Assembly (NCBI GenBank): GCA_028713125.1
Contig: JAQTOU010000003.1
Coordinates: forward strand, 392,703 to 456,702
Direction: 5' to 3'
Length of the DNA: 64,000 bases
Source: Elusimicrobiales bacterium
GTDB lineage: Bacteria; Elusimicrobiota; Elusimicrobia; Elusimicrobiales; UBA9959
Shown here piece after piece: positions 46,372-55,905 of the stretch (position 1 is its first letter; every line of letters starts with the position of its first letter). Below the pieces are notes generated by a model. It saw only the letters and a program-made list of their open reading frames with translations, ran no database searches and was not told where the DNA came from. The translations under genes were made by a program, and so were the position numbers.

Positions 46372-47454
46372 TTACTGGACAGGCTTGGCTGAGCGGACGG
46401 CCCAGCGGAGTTTGGCGCAGGCGGATCGCGGGTTGCCGCGGCGCTCTTCGGGGGAGGGACGCTGTGGCGAGGGAGCTATCGCGGAATAAATACCGGTTTC
46501 CTCGCCGCGCATGAAAGCTTTTTTAACGCGGCGGTCCTCGCCGGAGTGGAAAGACAGGATCGCGACGCGCCCGCCCGGCTTCAGGCACCAGGGCAAAATC
46601 TCCAGGAAGCGGTCCAGCACGCTCAATTCTTCGTTCACGGCTATGCGCAGCGCCATAAAGGTGCGCTGCAGCGCTTTCTTTATCAGGCTGTCGTCTGTTT
46701 TCGGGTCGAGCTTTTTGAGCCCGTCGCTTACGGCGGCGGCCAGGCGCGCCGTGGTCGTTACCGGCAGGAGCGCGGCTTTTATGGCCTGCGCTATTTCTTT
46801 CGCCTGCGGTTCGTCGGCATAATCGAAAAGTATCTTCTCGAGCGCTTCGGTGGAAATAGTATTCAGCATTTCCGAGGCGGGCCTGCCGCGCCCTGGATTC
46901 AGGCGCAGGTCCAGCGGCCCGTCGGCTTTGTAGGTGAAGCCGCGCGCCGGGTTGTCCAGCTGCATCGAAGAGACGCCAAGGTCCGCGAGGATGCAGTCGA
47001 AGCCGCCGCCCGCTTCGGGCAGCAGCCCCAGCACTCCCGCGAAATTAATTTTACGCGCTATAAAAGCATCCGGGCCGAAGCCCAGGGCGCGAAGCCGCGC
47101 CTCTGCCTTGGGCAGTTCCAGGGGGTCGACGTCGACAGCGAAAAGTTTCCCGCCGGGAAGCAGGCGGGGGAGGATCTTCTCCGAGTGCCCGCCGTAGCCC
47201 AGCGTGGCGTCCAGGCAGACCTCGCCGGGTTTCGGGTCCAGTATCGAAAGTATTTCCTCGACGCAGATAGGCCGGTGCATACCGGCCGGGGTCTGGCCTT
47301 TGGCGATTATATGCTCGATGTCGCCGGCGTATTTGGCCGGGTCGAGCTCTTTGTATTTCTCCGAGAACTTGCGCGGGTTCCTCCCTCTGTAGCGGACGCG
47401 GCGTTTATGGGGCTGGGGATTTTCCTCGGTCATGGCGTAAACTATGTTAGCCAT
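46372..47454 (-). CDS. rsmH: 16S rRNA (cytosine1402-N4)-methyltransferase RsmH with ~55-aa basic N-terminal extension
   Basis: HRPICVEEIL, DATLGYGGHS, DLGVSSMQLD and PLDLRLNP motifs. Start uncertain: ATG at 47454, or ATG at 47433. Confidence 0.8.
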   Translation of the reverse strand: MANIVYAMTEENPQPHKRRVRYRGRNPRKFSEKYKELDPAKYAGDIEHIIAKGQTPAGMHRPICVEEILSILDPKPGEVCLDATLGYGGHSEKILPRLLPGGKLFAVDVDPLELPKAEARLRALGFGPDAFIARKINFAGVLGLLPEAGGGFDCILADLGVSSMQLDNPARGFTYKADGPLDLRLNPGRGRPASEMLNTISTEALEKILFDYADEPQAKEIAQAIKAALLPVTTTARLAAAVSDGLKKLDPKTDDSLIKKALQRTFMALRIAVNEELSVLDRFLEILPWCLKPGGRVAILSFHSGEDRRVKKAFMRGEETGIYSAIAPSPQRPSPEERRGNPRSACAKLRWAVRSAKPVQ

Positions 47455-47602
47455 AATCGGCCGGGGCGGTCAACCGGGCCATTGGGCCCAGCTTTCCCTA
47501 TCCCTTAATGCGGGCCCTGCCTGGGCCTTTGGCTTCTGAATTTTTACCGGCATTTTACTTATACTTTAGATAATGGATTTGCTGAAAGTTAACGGAGGCA
47601 GA

Positions 47603-49012
47603 ATGACCAGGCGCTTAATGGCGGCTTTTGCGTTTATCCTTTCCCTTTCCCCCACGGCTTACTCCCAGGTCGATTTCGACCGCGGCACCGGCGACCTTAA
47701 AACGGCCCTGGCCGGCATAGACACCCCGCAGGTTTCCGCCCCGGCCCGACAGAAAGGCTGGTTCTCCCACGAAGATCCCAAACCCCAGGCGCCCAAAGAA
47801 TGGACCGTCATGGTCTATATGAACGGCAAGAACGACCTGGAAGTGGCCGGCCTCTACAACCTCAACAAGATGGAAATGGTCGGCTCGAACGCTTCCCTGA
47901 ATATCGTCACCGAGACCGGCCGGATGAACGGCCAGCAGAACGACGTCTCTTTCGACGGCAACTGGACCGGCTCCCGCCGCTTTTACGTCACCCAGGATTC
48001 AAACGAGGAAAAAGTGAAGTCCAAAGCCGTGCAGTCCTTCGACAGGGTGGACATGGGCGACTGGAAGCATCTTGCGGATTTCGCTAAATGGGGCATGAAG
48101 AACTACCCCGCGAAACACTATGCGCTGATCATCTGGAACCACGGTTCCGGCTGGATCACCGACAAAGGCGCTTTCGTTAACAAGGGTATCTCCTACGATT
48201 TCGAGACCAAGAACCACATCTCCACCCCCGAGCTGGGCGCGGCGATGAAAGAGATAGGCAAAGTGGATATCCTGGCCTACGACGCCTGCCTGATGCAGAT
48301 GGCCGAACTGCTTTACGAGGTCAATGGCTATGCGGACTATGTGGTGGGCTCCGAGGAGACCGTGCCCGGGACCGGCTTCCCATACGACACCCTGCTAAGG
48401 GCTTTCGACGGCTCGAAGACCGGCGAGCAGCTTGCCGCCGAAATGGTGCGCTCCTATGACGGCTTTTATTCCTCCAAGGGCAAGAAAGTGACGCTCTCGG
48501 CGGTGCGGATGTCCGCGCTCGGCGAGTTCATGACGGCTTTCAATGCCTGGACCGATGCGCTGCTGGCCTCGGACAAGAAGCCACGGATCAAGGCCAAAGC
48601 TTATTCCGCCGCCGCTTACGCCTACGAGGACAATAAAGACCTTTTCGACTTCGCCCGCCTGGCCTCCGAGGCCGACCCGAACCTGGCCGAAAAAGGCCGC
48701 GCAATGACGGACGCGCTGACCGGCAAGCTCGTCCTCGACAATACGGCCTACAAAGAAACCTACGGCCGCGACGAAGCTTCGCACGGCCTCGCCATCTACC
48801 TGCCGGTCAAGGGCTACAACGATAAATACGACCAGCTGGCCTGGTCCCGTGACACTAAGTGGGACGACCTGCTGAAGGAAATGAAAGGCGTAAGCGCTCC
48901 CGGCCTGGAATTCATGAACGGCTGCACCGATCCCGGCCCCGGCGCCAGCATCCAGCAGCTGATGGCTTATGTGGACTGCCTGACCAATGCTATCAGCGCT
49001 ACCAAGCCCTGA
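47603..49012 (+). CDS. Secreted clostripain-family (C11) cysteine peptidase
   Basis: Start at the ATG 6 nt after GGAGG, followed by a signal peptide. WTVMVYMNGKNDLE, catalytic His context IIWNHGSGW and Cys context AYDACLMQ. Confidence 0.75.
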   Translation: MTRRLMAAFAFILSLSPTAYSQVDFDRGTGDLKTALAGIDTPQVSAPARQKGWFSHEDPKPQAPKEWTVMVYMNGKNDLEVAGLYNLNKMEMVGSNASLNIVTETGRMNGQQNDVSFDGNWTGSRRFYVTQDSNEEKVKSKAVQSFDRVDMGDWKHLADFAKWGMKNYPAKHYALIIWNHGSGWITDKGAFVNKGISYDFETKNHISTPELGAAMKEIGKVDILAYDACLMQMAELLYEVNGYADYVVGSEETVPGTGFPYDTLLRAFDGSKTGEQLAAEMVRSYDGFYSSKGKKVTLSAVRMSALGEFMTAFNAWTDALLASDKKPRIKAKAYSAAAYAYEDNKDLFDFARLASEADPNLAEKGRAMTDALTGKLVLDNTAYKETYGRDEASHGLAIYLPVKGYNDKYDQLAWSRDTKWDDLLKEMKGVSAPGLEFMNGCTDPGPGASIQQLMAYVDCLTNAISATKP

Positions 49013-49031
49013 GCGAAGAAAACGCTCAAAG

Positions 49032-49068
49032 AAGCGGGCGGCTCTAAAGCGGGGCCGCCCGCTTTTTT
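49032..49068 (+). terminator. Rho-independent terminator after the C11 peptidase gene
   Basis: Stem AAGCGGGCGGC (49032-49042) / GCCGCCCGCTT (49054-49064), running into TTTTTT. Confidence 0.8.
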
Positions 49069-49108
49069 ACCTGCAAGTATTGTATTATTTGAAATACAGG
49101 AAAACACA

Positions 49109-51019
49109 ATGGAAAACGAAAACGAAGCGCACCTTCTTACCGACCAGGACCTTTACCTCTTCAACGAGGGCAACCATTTCAAGCTTTATGAAAAGTTCGG
49201 CGCCCACCCCGCGGTCATAGGCGGCGTGGAAGGAACCCTTTTCGCGGTCTGGGCTCCCAACGCGAAGGAAGTGAACGTGATCGGGGATTTCAACGGCTGG
49301 AACAAGAGCCATGACGCTTTGAAGCAGCGCGGGCAGTCCGGCATCTGGGAAGGTTTTATCGCCGGGGTCAGGCAGGGGCAGAATTACAAGTACCATATAA
49401 TTTCGCGCTACAATAATTTCAGCGCCGAGAAAGCCGACCCGATGGCTTTTGCCGCCGAGGTCCCGCCTAAAACGGCTTCGGTCGTAGGCTCGCTCGCCTA
49501 TAAATGGAACGACGGTGAGTGGATGAAATCCCGCGGCGGCCGCACCGGCTTAAAAAGCCCAGTTTCTATCTACGAAGTTCATCTCGGCTCCTGGCGGCGC
49601 GTGCCCGAAGAGGGCAACCGCTCCCTGACCTACCGCGAAATGGCCGAGCAGCTGCCGAAGTACGTTAAAGAGCTTGGCTTTTCCCATGTCGAGCTGATGC
49701 CTGTAACGGAACACCCTTTTTACGGCTCCTGGGGCTACCAGACCACCGGCTATTTCTCCCCGACCAGCCGCTACGGCAGGCCCCAGGACTTCATGCACTT
49801 GGTGGACCGCCTCCACCAGGAAGGGATAGGCGTGATCCTGGACTGGGTCCCGGCCCATTTCCCGGCCGACGCGCACGGCCTGGCTTATTTCGACGGAACG
49901 CACCTTTACGAGCACGCGGATCCAAAACAGGGCTTCCACCCTGACTGGAAAAGCTCCATCTTCAATTTCGGCCGGAACGAAGTTAAGAGCTTCCTGCTCT
50001 CCAGCGCGCAGTTCTGGATGGACAAATACCATGCCGACGGGCTGCGGGTGGACGCGGTGGCCTCGATGCTTTACCTGGACTATTCGCGCAAAGCCGGGGA
50101 GTGGATCCCGAACAAGCACGGCGGCAGGGAGAACCTGGAAGCCGTGGCCTTCCTTAAGCAGTTCAACCAGGTGGTTTACGAGAATTATCCCGGCACGCAG
50201 ACTTACGCCGAGGAATCCACCTCCTGGCCGATGGTTTCGCGGCCCACTTACTTAGGCGGCCTTGGTTTCGGCTTCAAGTGGGACATGGGCTGGATGCACG
50301 ATACCCTGCTTTATTTCTCGAAAGACCCGGTTTTCCGCAAGTACCATCACAACAGCCTGACCTTCCGCATGCTCTACGCTTTCGGGGAAAACTTCGTGCT
50401 TCCTTTTTCCCACGACGAGGTTGCGCACGGCAAAGGCTCGATGCTCAACAAGATGGCGGGGGACTCCTGGCAGAAGTTCGCGAATTTGCGGCTGCTCTAC
50501 GGGAGCATGTACGCGCAGCCGGGGCAGAAGCTGATGTTCATGGGCTGCGAGTTCGCCCAGTGGAACGAATGGAACCACGACAGCAGCCTGGATTGGCACC
50601 TCACGGAGCACGGGCCCCATGAGGGCATGCTGAAATGGGTGAGCGACCTGAACGCTTTCTACAAGGCCGAACCGGCGATGCACGAGCTTAACTGCAGCGA
50701 GGCCGGTTTCGAATGGGTGGACGCGAACGATTCCCAGCAGAGCGTGACGGCTTTCCTGCGCCACGGCGAGAAGCCGGGCGAGACCATTTTGGCGGTCTGC
50801 AATTATACTTCGGTGCCGCGCCACGGCTACCGCGTGGGGGTGACGCGTGAAGGTTTCTGGAAAGAGATCCTTAACAGCGACTCCGTCGCTTACCGCGGCA
50901 GCGGCATGGGCAATATGGGCGGCGTCCCCGCGGAAGCCGCGCCCTCCCACGGCCGCCCCTGGTCGCTTCTGCTCACCCTGCCGCCGCTCTCGATAACGTT
51001 CTTCAAGTGCTGCGAGTGA
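49109..51019 (+). CDS. glgB: 1,4-alpha-glucan branching enzyme
   Basis: 636 aa. [11 protein letters not shown] (CBM48). GH13 regions [17 protein letters not shown] and AEESTSWP, plus [14 protein letters not shown]. Confidence 0.95.
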   Translation: MENENEAHLLTDQDLYLFNEGNHFKLYEKFGAHPAVIGGVEGTLFAVWAPNAKEVNVIGDFNGWNKSHDALKQRGQSGIWEGFIAGVRQGQNYKYHIISRYNNFSAEKADPMAFAAEVPPKTASVVGSLAYKWNDGEWMKSRGGRTGLKSPVSIYEVHLGSWRRVPEEGNRSLTYREMAEQLPKYVKELGFSHVELMPVTEHPFYGSWGYQTTGYFSPTSRYGRPQDFMHLVDRLHQEGIGVILDWVPAHFPADAHGLAYFDGTHLYEHADPKQGFHPDWKSSIFNFGRNEVKSFLLSSAQFWMDKYHADGLRVDAVASMLYLDYSRKAGEWIPNKHGGRENLEAVAFLKQFNQVVYENYPGTQTYAEESTSWPMVSRPTYLGGLGFGFKWDMGWMHDTLLYFSKDPVFRKYHHNSLTFRMLYAFGENFVLPFSHDEVAHGKGSMLNKMAGDSWQKFANLRLLYGSMYAQPGQKLMFMGCEFAQWNEWNHDSSLDWHLTEHGPHEGMLKWVSDLNAFYKAEPAMHELNCSEAGFEWVDANDSQQSVTAFLRHGEKPGETILAVCNYTSVPRHGYRVGVTREGFWKEILNSDSVAYRGSGMGNMGGVPAEAAPSHGRPWSLLLTLPPLSITFFKCCE

Positions 51020-51083
51020 TCTATTCTGGTGACGCACAGCTTAATTCCCGGAGAGAATTAAGTCGTGTGTCGCCTTAATTCAT

Positions 51084-51971
51084 ATGGCTACCTCACTGAA
51101 AACTCTTGAATCCCTGGGCAAAGCGCTCGCGCTGGTGCCAGAGGTGTCTTTCCTGCCGATACTGGGGAATTACTGCGTTTGTTCCCGCGGGCGGGCTTTC
51201 GCCATGGTCCGCGACGACCAGCTATTCCTTAAAACCTCTCCGGAAACTCTGTGCCTGTTCCGCGATACGACAACGCGCCCCTTCCCGGGCAGCGTCACCA
51301 TGTGCAAGGCGAACGATGAATGGCTGGAGGACCCGGAGAAGCTCGGAGAGGTCGTGCTTTACACCCTGGCCAGCCATCCGCCGCCCAGTCAGCCGGGCCC
51401 GGCGCGCCCTGCCGCCCGGGAGGGGCGGCTTGTCCGCGTCCTCTGGGGGACGGCTCTTGCCGCCGGCGCAGTGTTCACGGCGCTCTATTTTCTCCTGCCC
51501 TGCAGGGCGCTCGGCAGGCTGGGCATTCATAAAGGGGCTAAGGCGGAGAACTTTGCGGTGACGGGGCTGGGCGGTGAAAAGATTCGGCTTTCCGACTGCG
51601 GGGGCAAGCCGGCTCTTCTCTATGTCTGGGAGACTTTTTCACAGCGCGCCATAGATAACCTGCCTATGATAGATTCTCTCTACGCCGAGTATAAAGACAG
51701 GCAGGTCTGCTTCCTGCCCGTAACTATCACGCCCGACTTCAACCTCGACGTCAGGGCTTTCGCCGCGACAAAGGCCCTGAAGTACCCCGTCTACAACGGC
51801 GCCGGCCGTTTGCCCGCCCAATTTCTGCCGGAGCAGTCCCCGATGCTGTACCTGATAGATCACGAGGGCTTTGTCCGCGATTCCTATTCCCCGTCCATCA
51901 ATGACCTGGAGGAAATCTCTTCGGACCTGGAAGCCCTGCTCCGCGATGTCCCGGCTGCCCCCGGCCCTTAG
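51084..51971 (+). CDS. Fusion protein: TfoX_N-like domain + TM helix + thioredoxin-fold (TlpA-like) domain lacking CxxC
   Basis: The N-terminus ILGNYCVCSRGRAFAMVRDDQLFLKTSPET...WLEDPEKL resembles TfoX_N. TM helix VLWGTALAAGAVFTALYFLLP. The C-terminal redoxin-like KPALLYVWETFSQRA...MLYLIDHEGFV has TFSQ in place of WCxPC. Confidence 0.5.
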   Translation: MATSLKTLESLGKALALVPEVSFLPILGNYCVCSRGRAFAMVRDDQLFLKTSPETLCLFRDTTTRPFPGSVTMCKANDEWLEDPEKLGEVVLYTLASHPPPSQPGPARPAAREGRLVRVLWGTALAAGAVFTALYFLLPCRALGRLGIHKGAKAENFAVTGLGGEKIRLSDCGGKPALLYVWETFSQRAIDNLPMIDSLYAEYKDRQVCFLPVTITPDFNLDVRAFAATKALKYPVYNGAGRLPAQFLPEQSPMLYLIDHEGFVRDSYSPSINDLEEISSDLEALLRDVPAAPGP

Positions 51972-51974
51972 CGG

Positions 51975-52000
51975 CCGGCAGGTTCTTCTGCCGGTCATTT
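51975..52000 (+). terminator. Rho-independent terminator
   Basis: Stem CCGGCAG / CTGCCGG with loop GTTCTT, followed by TCATTTTAT. Confidence 0.6.
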
Positions 52001-52087
52001 TATCCGCTCACTTTCTACCGTGAAACATTTTTTCCCATGCCGTGTCATACCTGTGCGGGGAGTTGAACTGCGAACAAGGACACGGAT

Positions 52088-52219
52088 ATGAAAAAGATAA
52101 TTAAAATTGCGGCGGCGGCTTTCGGCTGGGAGGCGGCGGCCCCCAAAGAGATACAATACAGGTATATTTTCGTGCCGCCGGCCGGCGGCGAAGGGCTCGG
52201 CGCGGTCTGCGTGGAATAA
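52088..52219 (+). CDS. Possible small ORF (43 aa) upstream of the ECF sigma gene; speculative
   Basis: ATG preceded by AAGGA. Translation MKKIIKIAAAAFGWEAAAPKEIQYRYIFVPPAGGEGLGAVCVE*. Below the ORF-track cutoff and supported only by the reading frame. Confidence 0.2.
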   Translation: MKKIIKIAAAAFGWEAAAPKEIQYRYIFVPPAGGEGLGAVCVE

Positions 52220-52226
52220 AATATTA

Positions 52227-52769
52227 ATGGAAAATGAAGAGGGCCTCCTTAAAAGGCTGGCCGAAGGCGAAAAGGAAATTTTCGGGGAGCTGGTGCTCAG
52301 GCACCAGGACTTCATTTTCAACGTCGTCTCGAAGTACGTGCGGATAGAGGAGGAGGCCCGCGACCTCACCCAGGACGTTTTCCTCAAAGCCTACGAGAAT
52401 ATCGAGAAGTTCCGCGGCGAATCCAAAATTTCCTCCTGGCTCTACCGCATCGCCTACAACCTCAGCATGAACTGGTCCGAGCGCCGCGCCGGCCGCGAGA
52501 CCCAGCTTGACGACGAACTGGCGGAGACCCTGGCCGAGCCCCCGAACCTGGCGGAAGAGATCTTTGAAAGGGAAGCGCAGCTGGCGCGGATAACCGGGCT
52601 CCTCGCGGAGCTGCCGGAGAAATACCGAACCGTCATAAGCCTTTATTATTTCGAAGATAAGTCCTACCAGGAGATAGCGGAGGCGCTTGGCCTGCCCATT
52701 AACACCGTGAAGATCCACCTTCTGAGGGCCAAGGAAAGGCTCCGTGAAAAATTAGGCGCGGAAGAGTGA
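52227..52769 (+). CDS. ECF-type RNA polymerase sigma-70 family factor
   Basis: Start at MENEEGLLKRLAEGEKEIFGELV. Region 2 (DLTQDVFLKAYENIEKFRGESKISSWLYRIAYN) and region 4 (SYQEIAEALGLPINTVKIHLLRAKERL). Confidence 0.85.
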   Translation: MENEEGLLKRLAEGEKEIFGELVLRHQDFIFNVVSKYVRIEEEARDLTQDVFLKAYENIEKFRGESKISSWLYRIAYNLSMNWSERRAGRETQLDDELAETLAEPPNLAEEIFEREAQLARITGLLAELPEKYRTVISLYYFEDKSYQEIAEALGLPINTVKIHLLRAKERLREKLGAEE

Positions 52770-52851
52770 AACATTTTGGCGGCAGCTGTGTCAGATAGAG
52801 TGAGGGGACGGCAAAGCCGCCCCGGTCAGTTGAAAAGAGGAGAATAACAAT

Positions 52852-53757
52852 ATGCTTAAGTTCCTGTTAAAATTATCGATCCTGACGGCGCTGGTGGTCG
52901 GGGTCATACTGCTGATGCAGCATCTCGGTCCGCTTGGCCCCGATACGAAGGTAATGCTCAAATGGATAGGCCTCGGCGCCCTCGGCCTGGCGGCCCTGTG
53001 CATAGTTTCCATCACCCTGCTCGGCCTGGCCGGCATAGCGGTAGCCATCTTCGCCATCAGCCGCGGCCCCGGCGCGGGCGAGGGCATGGCGGGCGGACTG
53101 CGCGGCCTCAAGGGCCTCAGCGCGCTCAGCGCCCTGGGCAGCCTTAAGGGCCTGGGCGACGTTTCCAAATACGCCTCCCGCACCGTGGAGATCTCGGTTC
53201 CGAAGTTCGACGCCGGCTCCTTTAAGATAAAGACCCTGACCGGCGACCTGCGGCTGGCCGGCCACTCGGAAGAGGGCGCGCGGGCCACGGTGGAGGTCCT
53301 GGAGAAGGAAGAGAACGACGCCGAGGTCTGCTTCGAGGGCGGCGAGATAAAGGTGAAGTCCAAAAGCGGCCGGAAAGCGCAGTTGGGCGACGTTAAAGTG
53401 TTCCTGCCGGCCCGGCTGGCCTCGCTGGAAGCGGAGAGCGTGAACGGAGACATAATCATCAGCGGCTTCGAGACCGGCAGCCAGGCGGCCTTCAAGGGCG
53501 TCAACGGCGATATCTCGGTCAGCGGCCTCAAGAGCGGCGGCGAAGCGGCGGTGAAGACCGTGAGCGGCGACGTCCGGATAAACGATTCTCAGTTCGACTC
53601 GCTCAGCGCCCAGAGCGTCAGCGGCGACGTGGACCTGAAGGACCTGAGCGCCGGGAGCGTCACCGTGAAGACGGTTAGCGGGGACATCCGCCAGGCCGGA
53701 AACAGCTTTAAGAAAGAGTCCTACGTCAGCGTCAGCGGCAAGGTTCCTCACCAGTAA
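52852..53757 (+). CDS. Membrane protein with DUF4097/LiaG-like beta-repeat domain
   Basis: Three N-terminal TM segments, then repeated (V/L)(N/S)GD(I/V)x(I/V)xG units (VNGDIIISG, VNGDISVSG, VSGDVRIND, VSGDVDLKD, VSGDIRQAG). SD AGGAGA. Confidence 0.6.
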   Translation: MLKFLLKLSILTALVVGVILLMQHLGPLGPDTKVMLKWIGLGALGLAALCIVSITLLGLAGIAVAIFAISRGPGAGEGMAGGLRGLKGLSALSALGSLKGLGDVSKYASRTVEISVPKFDAGSFKIKTLTGDLRLAGHSEEGARATVEVLEKEENDAEVCFEGGEIKVKSKSGRKAQLGDVKVFLPARLASLEAESVNGDIIISGFETGSQAAFKGVNGDISVSGLKSGGEAAVKTVSGDVRINDSQFDSLSAQSVSGDVDLKDLSAGSVTVKTVSGDIRQAGNSFKKESYVSVSGKVPHQ

Positions 53758-53774
53758 GGCGCGGCCGGAGAATG

Positions 53775-53804
53775 AAAACGCCCCGGGCAGCCCCGGGGCG
53801 TTTT
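53775..53804. terminator. Bidirectional terminator between convergent genes
   Basis: Stem CGCCCCGG (53779-53786) / CCGGGGCG (53793-53800), flanked by AAAA and TTTT. Confidence 0.75.
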
Positions 53805-53829
53805 GCATTTGGTCGTTTCTCTTCTCCGC

Positions 53830-55782
53830 TCAGCGGCCGGCCAGGTTCCGGTGCTCTTCCACCAGGCGTTCCACAACCTCGGGTTCAGCCAGGGTGGTTA
53901 TATCTCCCATCCCTTCATATTCCGAGGCGGCGATCTTCCTGAGGATACGGCGCATGATCTTTCCGCTCCTGGTCTTGGGCAGCGAGGCGGTAATGTGGAC
54001 CAGCTCCGGCGCGGCGAAGCGGCCGATGGCCTGGCTGACCTGCTCCTTCAGCGCACCCTGCATCTCCTGGCTGCTCTTGCCGGCATACTCTTTGCCCAGC
54101 ACCACGTAAGCGTAGATAGCCGTGCCCTTTACGTCGTGCGGATAGCCGACCACCGCCGCTTCCGCGACGGCTTCGTGCGCCACCAGCGCGCTCTCTATTT
54201 CCGCTGTTCCCAGCCTGTGCCCGGAAACATTGATAACGTCGTCTATGCGGCCGGTGATCCAGTAATAGCCGTCCTCGTCGCGGCGCGCGCCGTCCCCCGT
54301 GAAGTAGTAGCCCGGGTACTGCGTGAAATAGGTTTCCTTGAACCGGTGGTGGTCGCCGTGGATGGTCCGGGCCTGCCCCGGCCAGGCCGAGTTGAGGCAG
54401 AGGGCCCCTGACACACCATTGCCTTCCAGCGGCTTGCCTTCCGCGTCCACTATCAGCGGCTTTACGCCGAAGAAAGGCAGCGTGGCCGAGCCGGCCTTGG
54501 TCGGGGTAGCGCCCGGGAGCGGCGTTATCAGGATCCCGCCGGTCTCCGTCTGCCACCAGGTATCCACCACGGCGCAGCGCTTCTCGCCCACCACGTCGTG
54601 GTACCAGCGCCAGATCTCCGGGTTTATAGGTTCGCCGACAGAGCCCAGTACGCGCAGCGAGGAGCGCTTATATTGCTTTACCCAGTCATTCCCCGCCTGG
54701 GCTATGGCCCGCAGCGCCGTCGGGGCGGTGTAGAAAATATTGACTTTCAAATCGTCCACTATCCTCCAGTAGCGGCCCGGGTCCGGGTAGACCGGCGTGG
54801 ACTCGAACATCACCGTGGTCGCGCCGTTGGCCAGCGGGCCGTAGATGATATAGGAATGCCCCGTGATCCAGCCGGCGTCCGCGGCGCAGAAATAGATATC
54901 CCCGGGCCGGAAATCGAAAACATATTTATGCGTCATCGCGGCGTAGACCATGTAGCCGCCGGTAGTGTGCAGGACGCCTTTCGGCTTCCCGGTGCTTCCC
55001 GAAGTGTAAAGTATGAAGAGGGGATCTTCCGCCCCCATCCATTCGAAAGTGCAGGTGGAGCGCTGCCGCTTGACCTCGTCCTCCAGCCAGTAGTCGCGGC
55101 CGGCCTGCATCGGAACTTCCGACGGTGTGCGCCGGGCCACCAGGACCGTAGTCACGGTCTGCATCCCCTCGAGCGCCCTGTCCACTATCCTCTTTAGATG
55201 TATGACCTTCCCGCCGCGGAGGCCTTCGTTCGCGGTCAGGACCACCTTGGTCCCCGCGTCCACTATCCTGTCGCGCAATGCCTCGGCGGAGAAACCGGCG
55301 AAGACCACGGAATGCACCGCGCCTATCCTCGCGCAGGCCAGCATCGAGTAAGCCAGTTCCGGGATCATCGGCATATAGATGCAGACCCGGTCGCCGGCCT
55401 TCACCCCGTGCGCCTTCAGGACATTGGCCACCCTTGAAACATTGTGCTTAAGGTCGCGGTAAGTGATGTGCTTGTAGACGCCAGGTTCGTCGGCCGCCCA
55501 GATTATAGCCGTCTGGTTGCCGCGGTCCTTCAGGTGCCGGTCCACGCAGTTGAAGCAGGCATTTAGCCGCCCGCCCAGGAACCAGCCGAAGTCCACCTCT
55601 TCGTAGTCGGCGTCGAAGACCGTGGACCATTTGTGGAACCAGGTGAGCGTCTCAGCCTGTTCCGCCCAGAATCTCTCGGGGTCCGCCATGGAGAGGCTGT
55701 AAAGGCGGCGGTATTCTTCCATGGAGCCGACATGCGCCACCCGCGCGATTTCAGGTTTAACCGGGTAAAATTCTTCAGGCAT
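53830..55782 (-). CDS. acs: Acetyl-CoA synthetase (AMP-forming)
   Basis: Start at the ATG (MPEEFYPVKPE) 5 nt after GGAGG; the ORF-track GTG at 55788 is less likely. YTSGSTGKPKG, WWQTETGG and a C-terminal SLPKTRSGKIMRR. Confidence 0.95.
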   Translation of the reverse strand: MPEEFYPVKPEIARVAHVGSMEEYRRLYSLSMADPERFWAEQAETLTWFHKWSTVFDADYEEVDFGWFLGGRLNACFNCVDRHLKDRGNQTAIIWAADEPGVYKHITYRDLKHNVSRVANVLKAHGVKAGDRVCIYMPMIPELAYSMLACARIGAVHSVVFAGFSAEALRDRIVDAGTKVVLTANEGLRGGKVIHLKRIVDRALEGMQTVTTVLVARRTPSEVPMQAGRDYWLEDEVKRQRSTCTFEWMGAEDPLFILYTSGSTGKPKGVLHTTGGYMVYAAMTHKYVFDFRPGDIYFCAADAGWITGHSYIIYGPLANGATTVMFESTPVYPDPGRYWRIVDDLKVNIFYTAPTALRAIAQAGNDWVKQYKRSSLRVLGSVGEPINPEIWRWYHDVVGEKRCAVVDTWWQTETGGILITPLPGATPTKAGSATLPFFGVKPLIVDAEGKPLEGNGVSGALCLNSAWPGQARTIHGDHHRFKETYFTQYPGYYFTGDGARRDEDGYYWITGRIDDVINVSGHRLGTAEIESALVAHEAVAEAAVVGYPHDVKGTAIYAYVVLGKEYAGKSSQEMQGALKEQVSQAIGRFAAPELVHITASLPKTRSGKIMRRILRKIAASEYEGMGDITTLAEPEVVERLVEEHRNLAGR

Positions 55783-55854
55783 AAACACCTCCAGCGAAAG
55801 GATTCGCTTATAATATCAAAATGGGATGGGGGACGCTGCCGGGTTTCCTGCTTT

Positions 55855-55888
55855 TTTAAAAAATAAGGGCGCCGGTTGGCGCCCTTAT
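55855..55888 (-). terminator. Rho-independent terminator after the 201-aa secreted-protein gene
   Basis: Stem ATAAGGGCGCC / GGCGCCCTTAT with a T-run on the minus strand. Confidence 0.7.
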
Positions 55889-55905
55889 CACTTGTGAAGA
55901 CTTGG

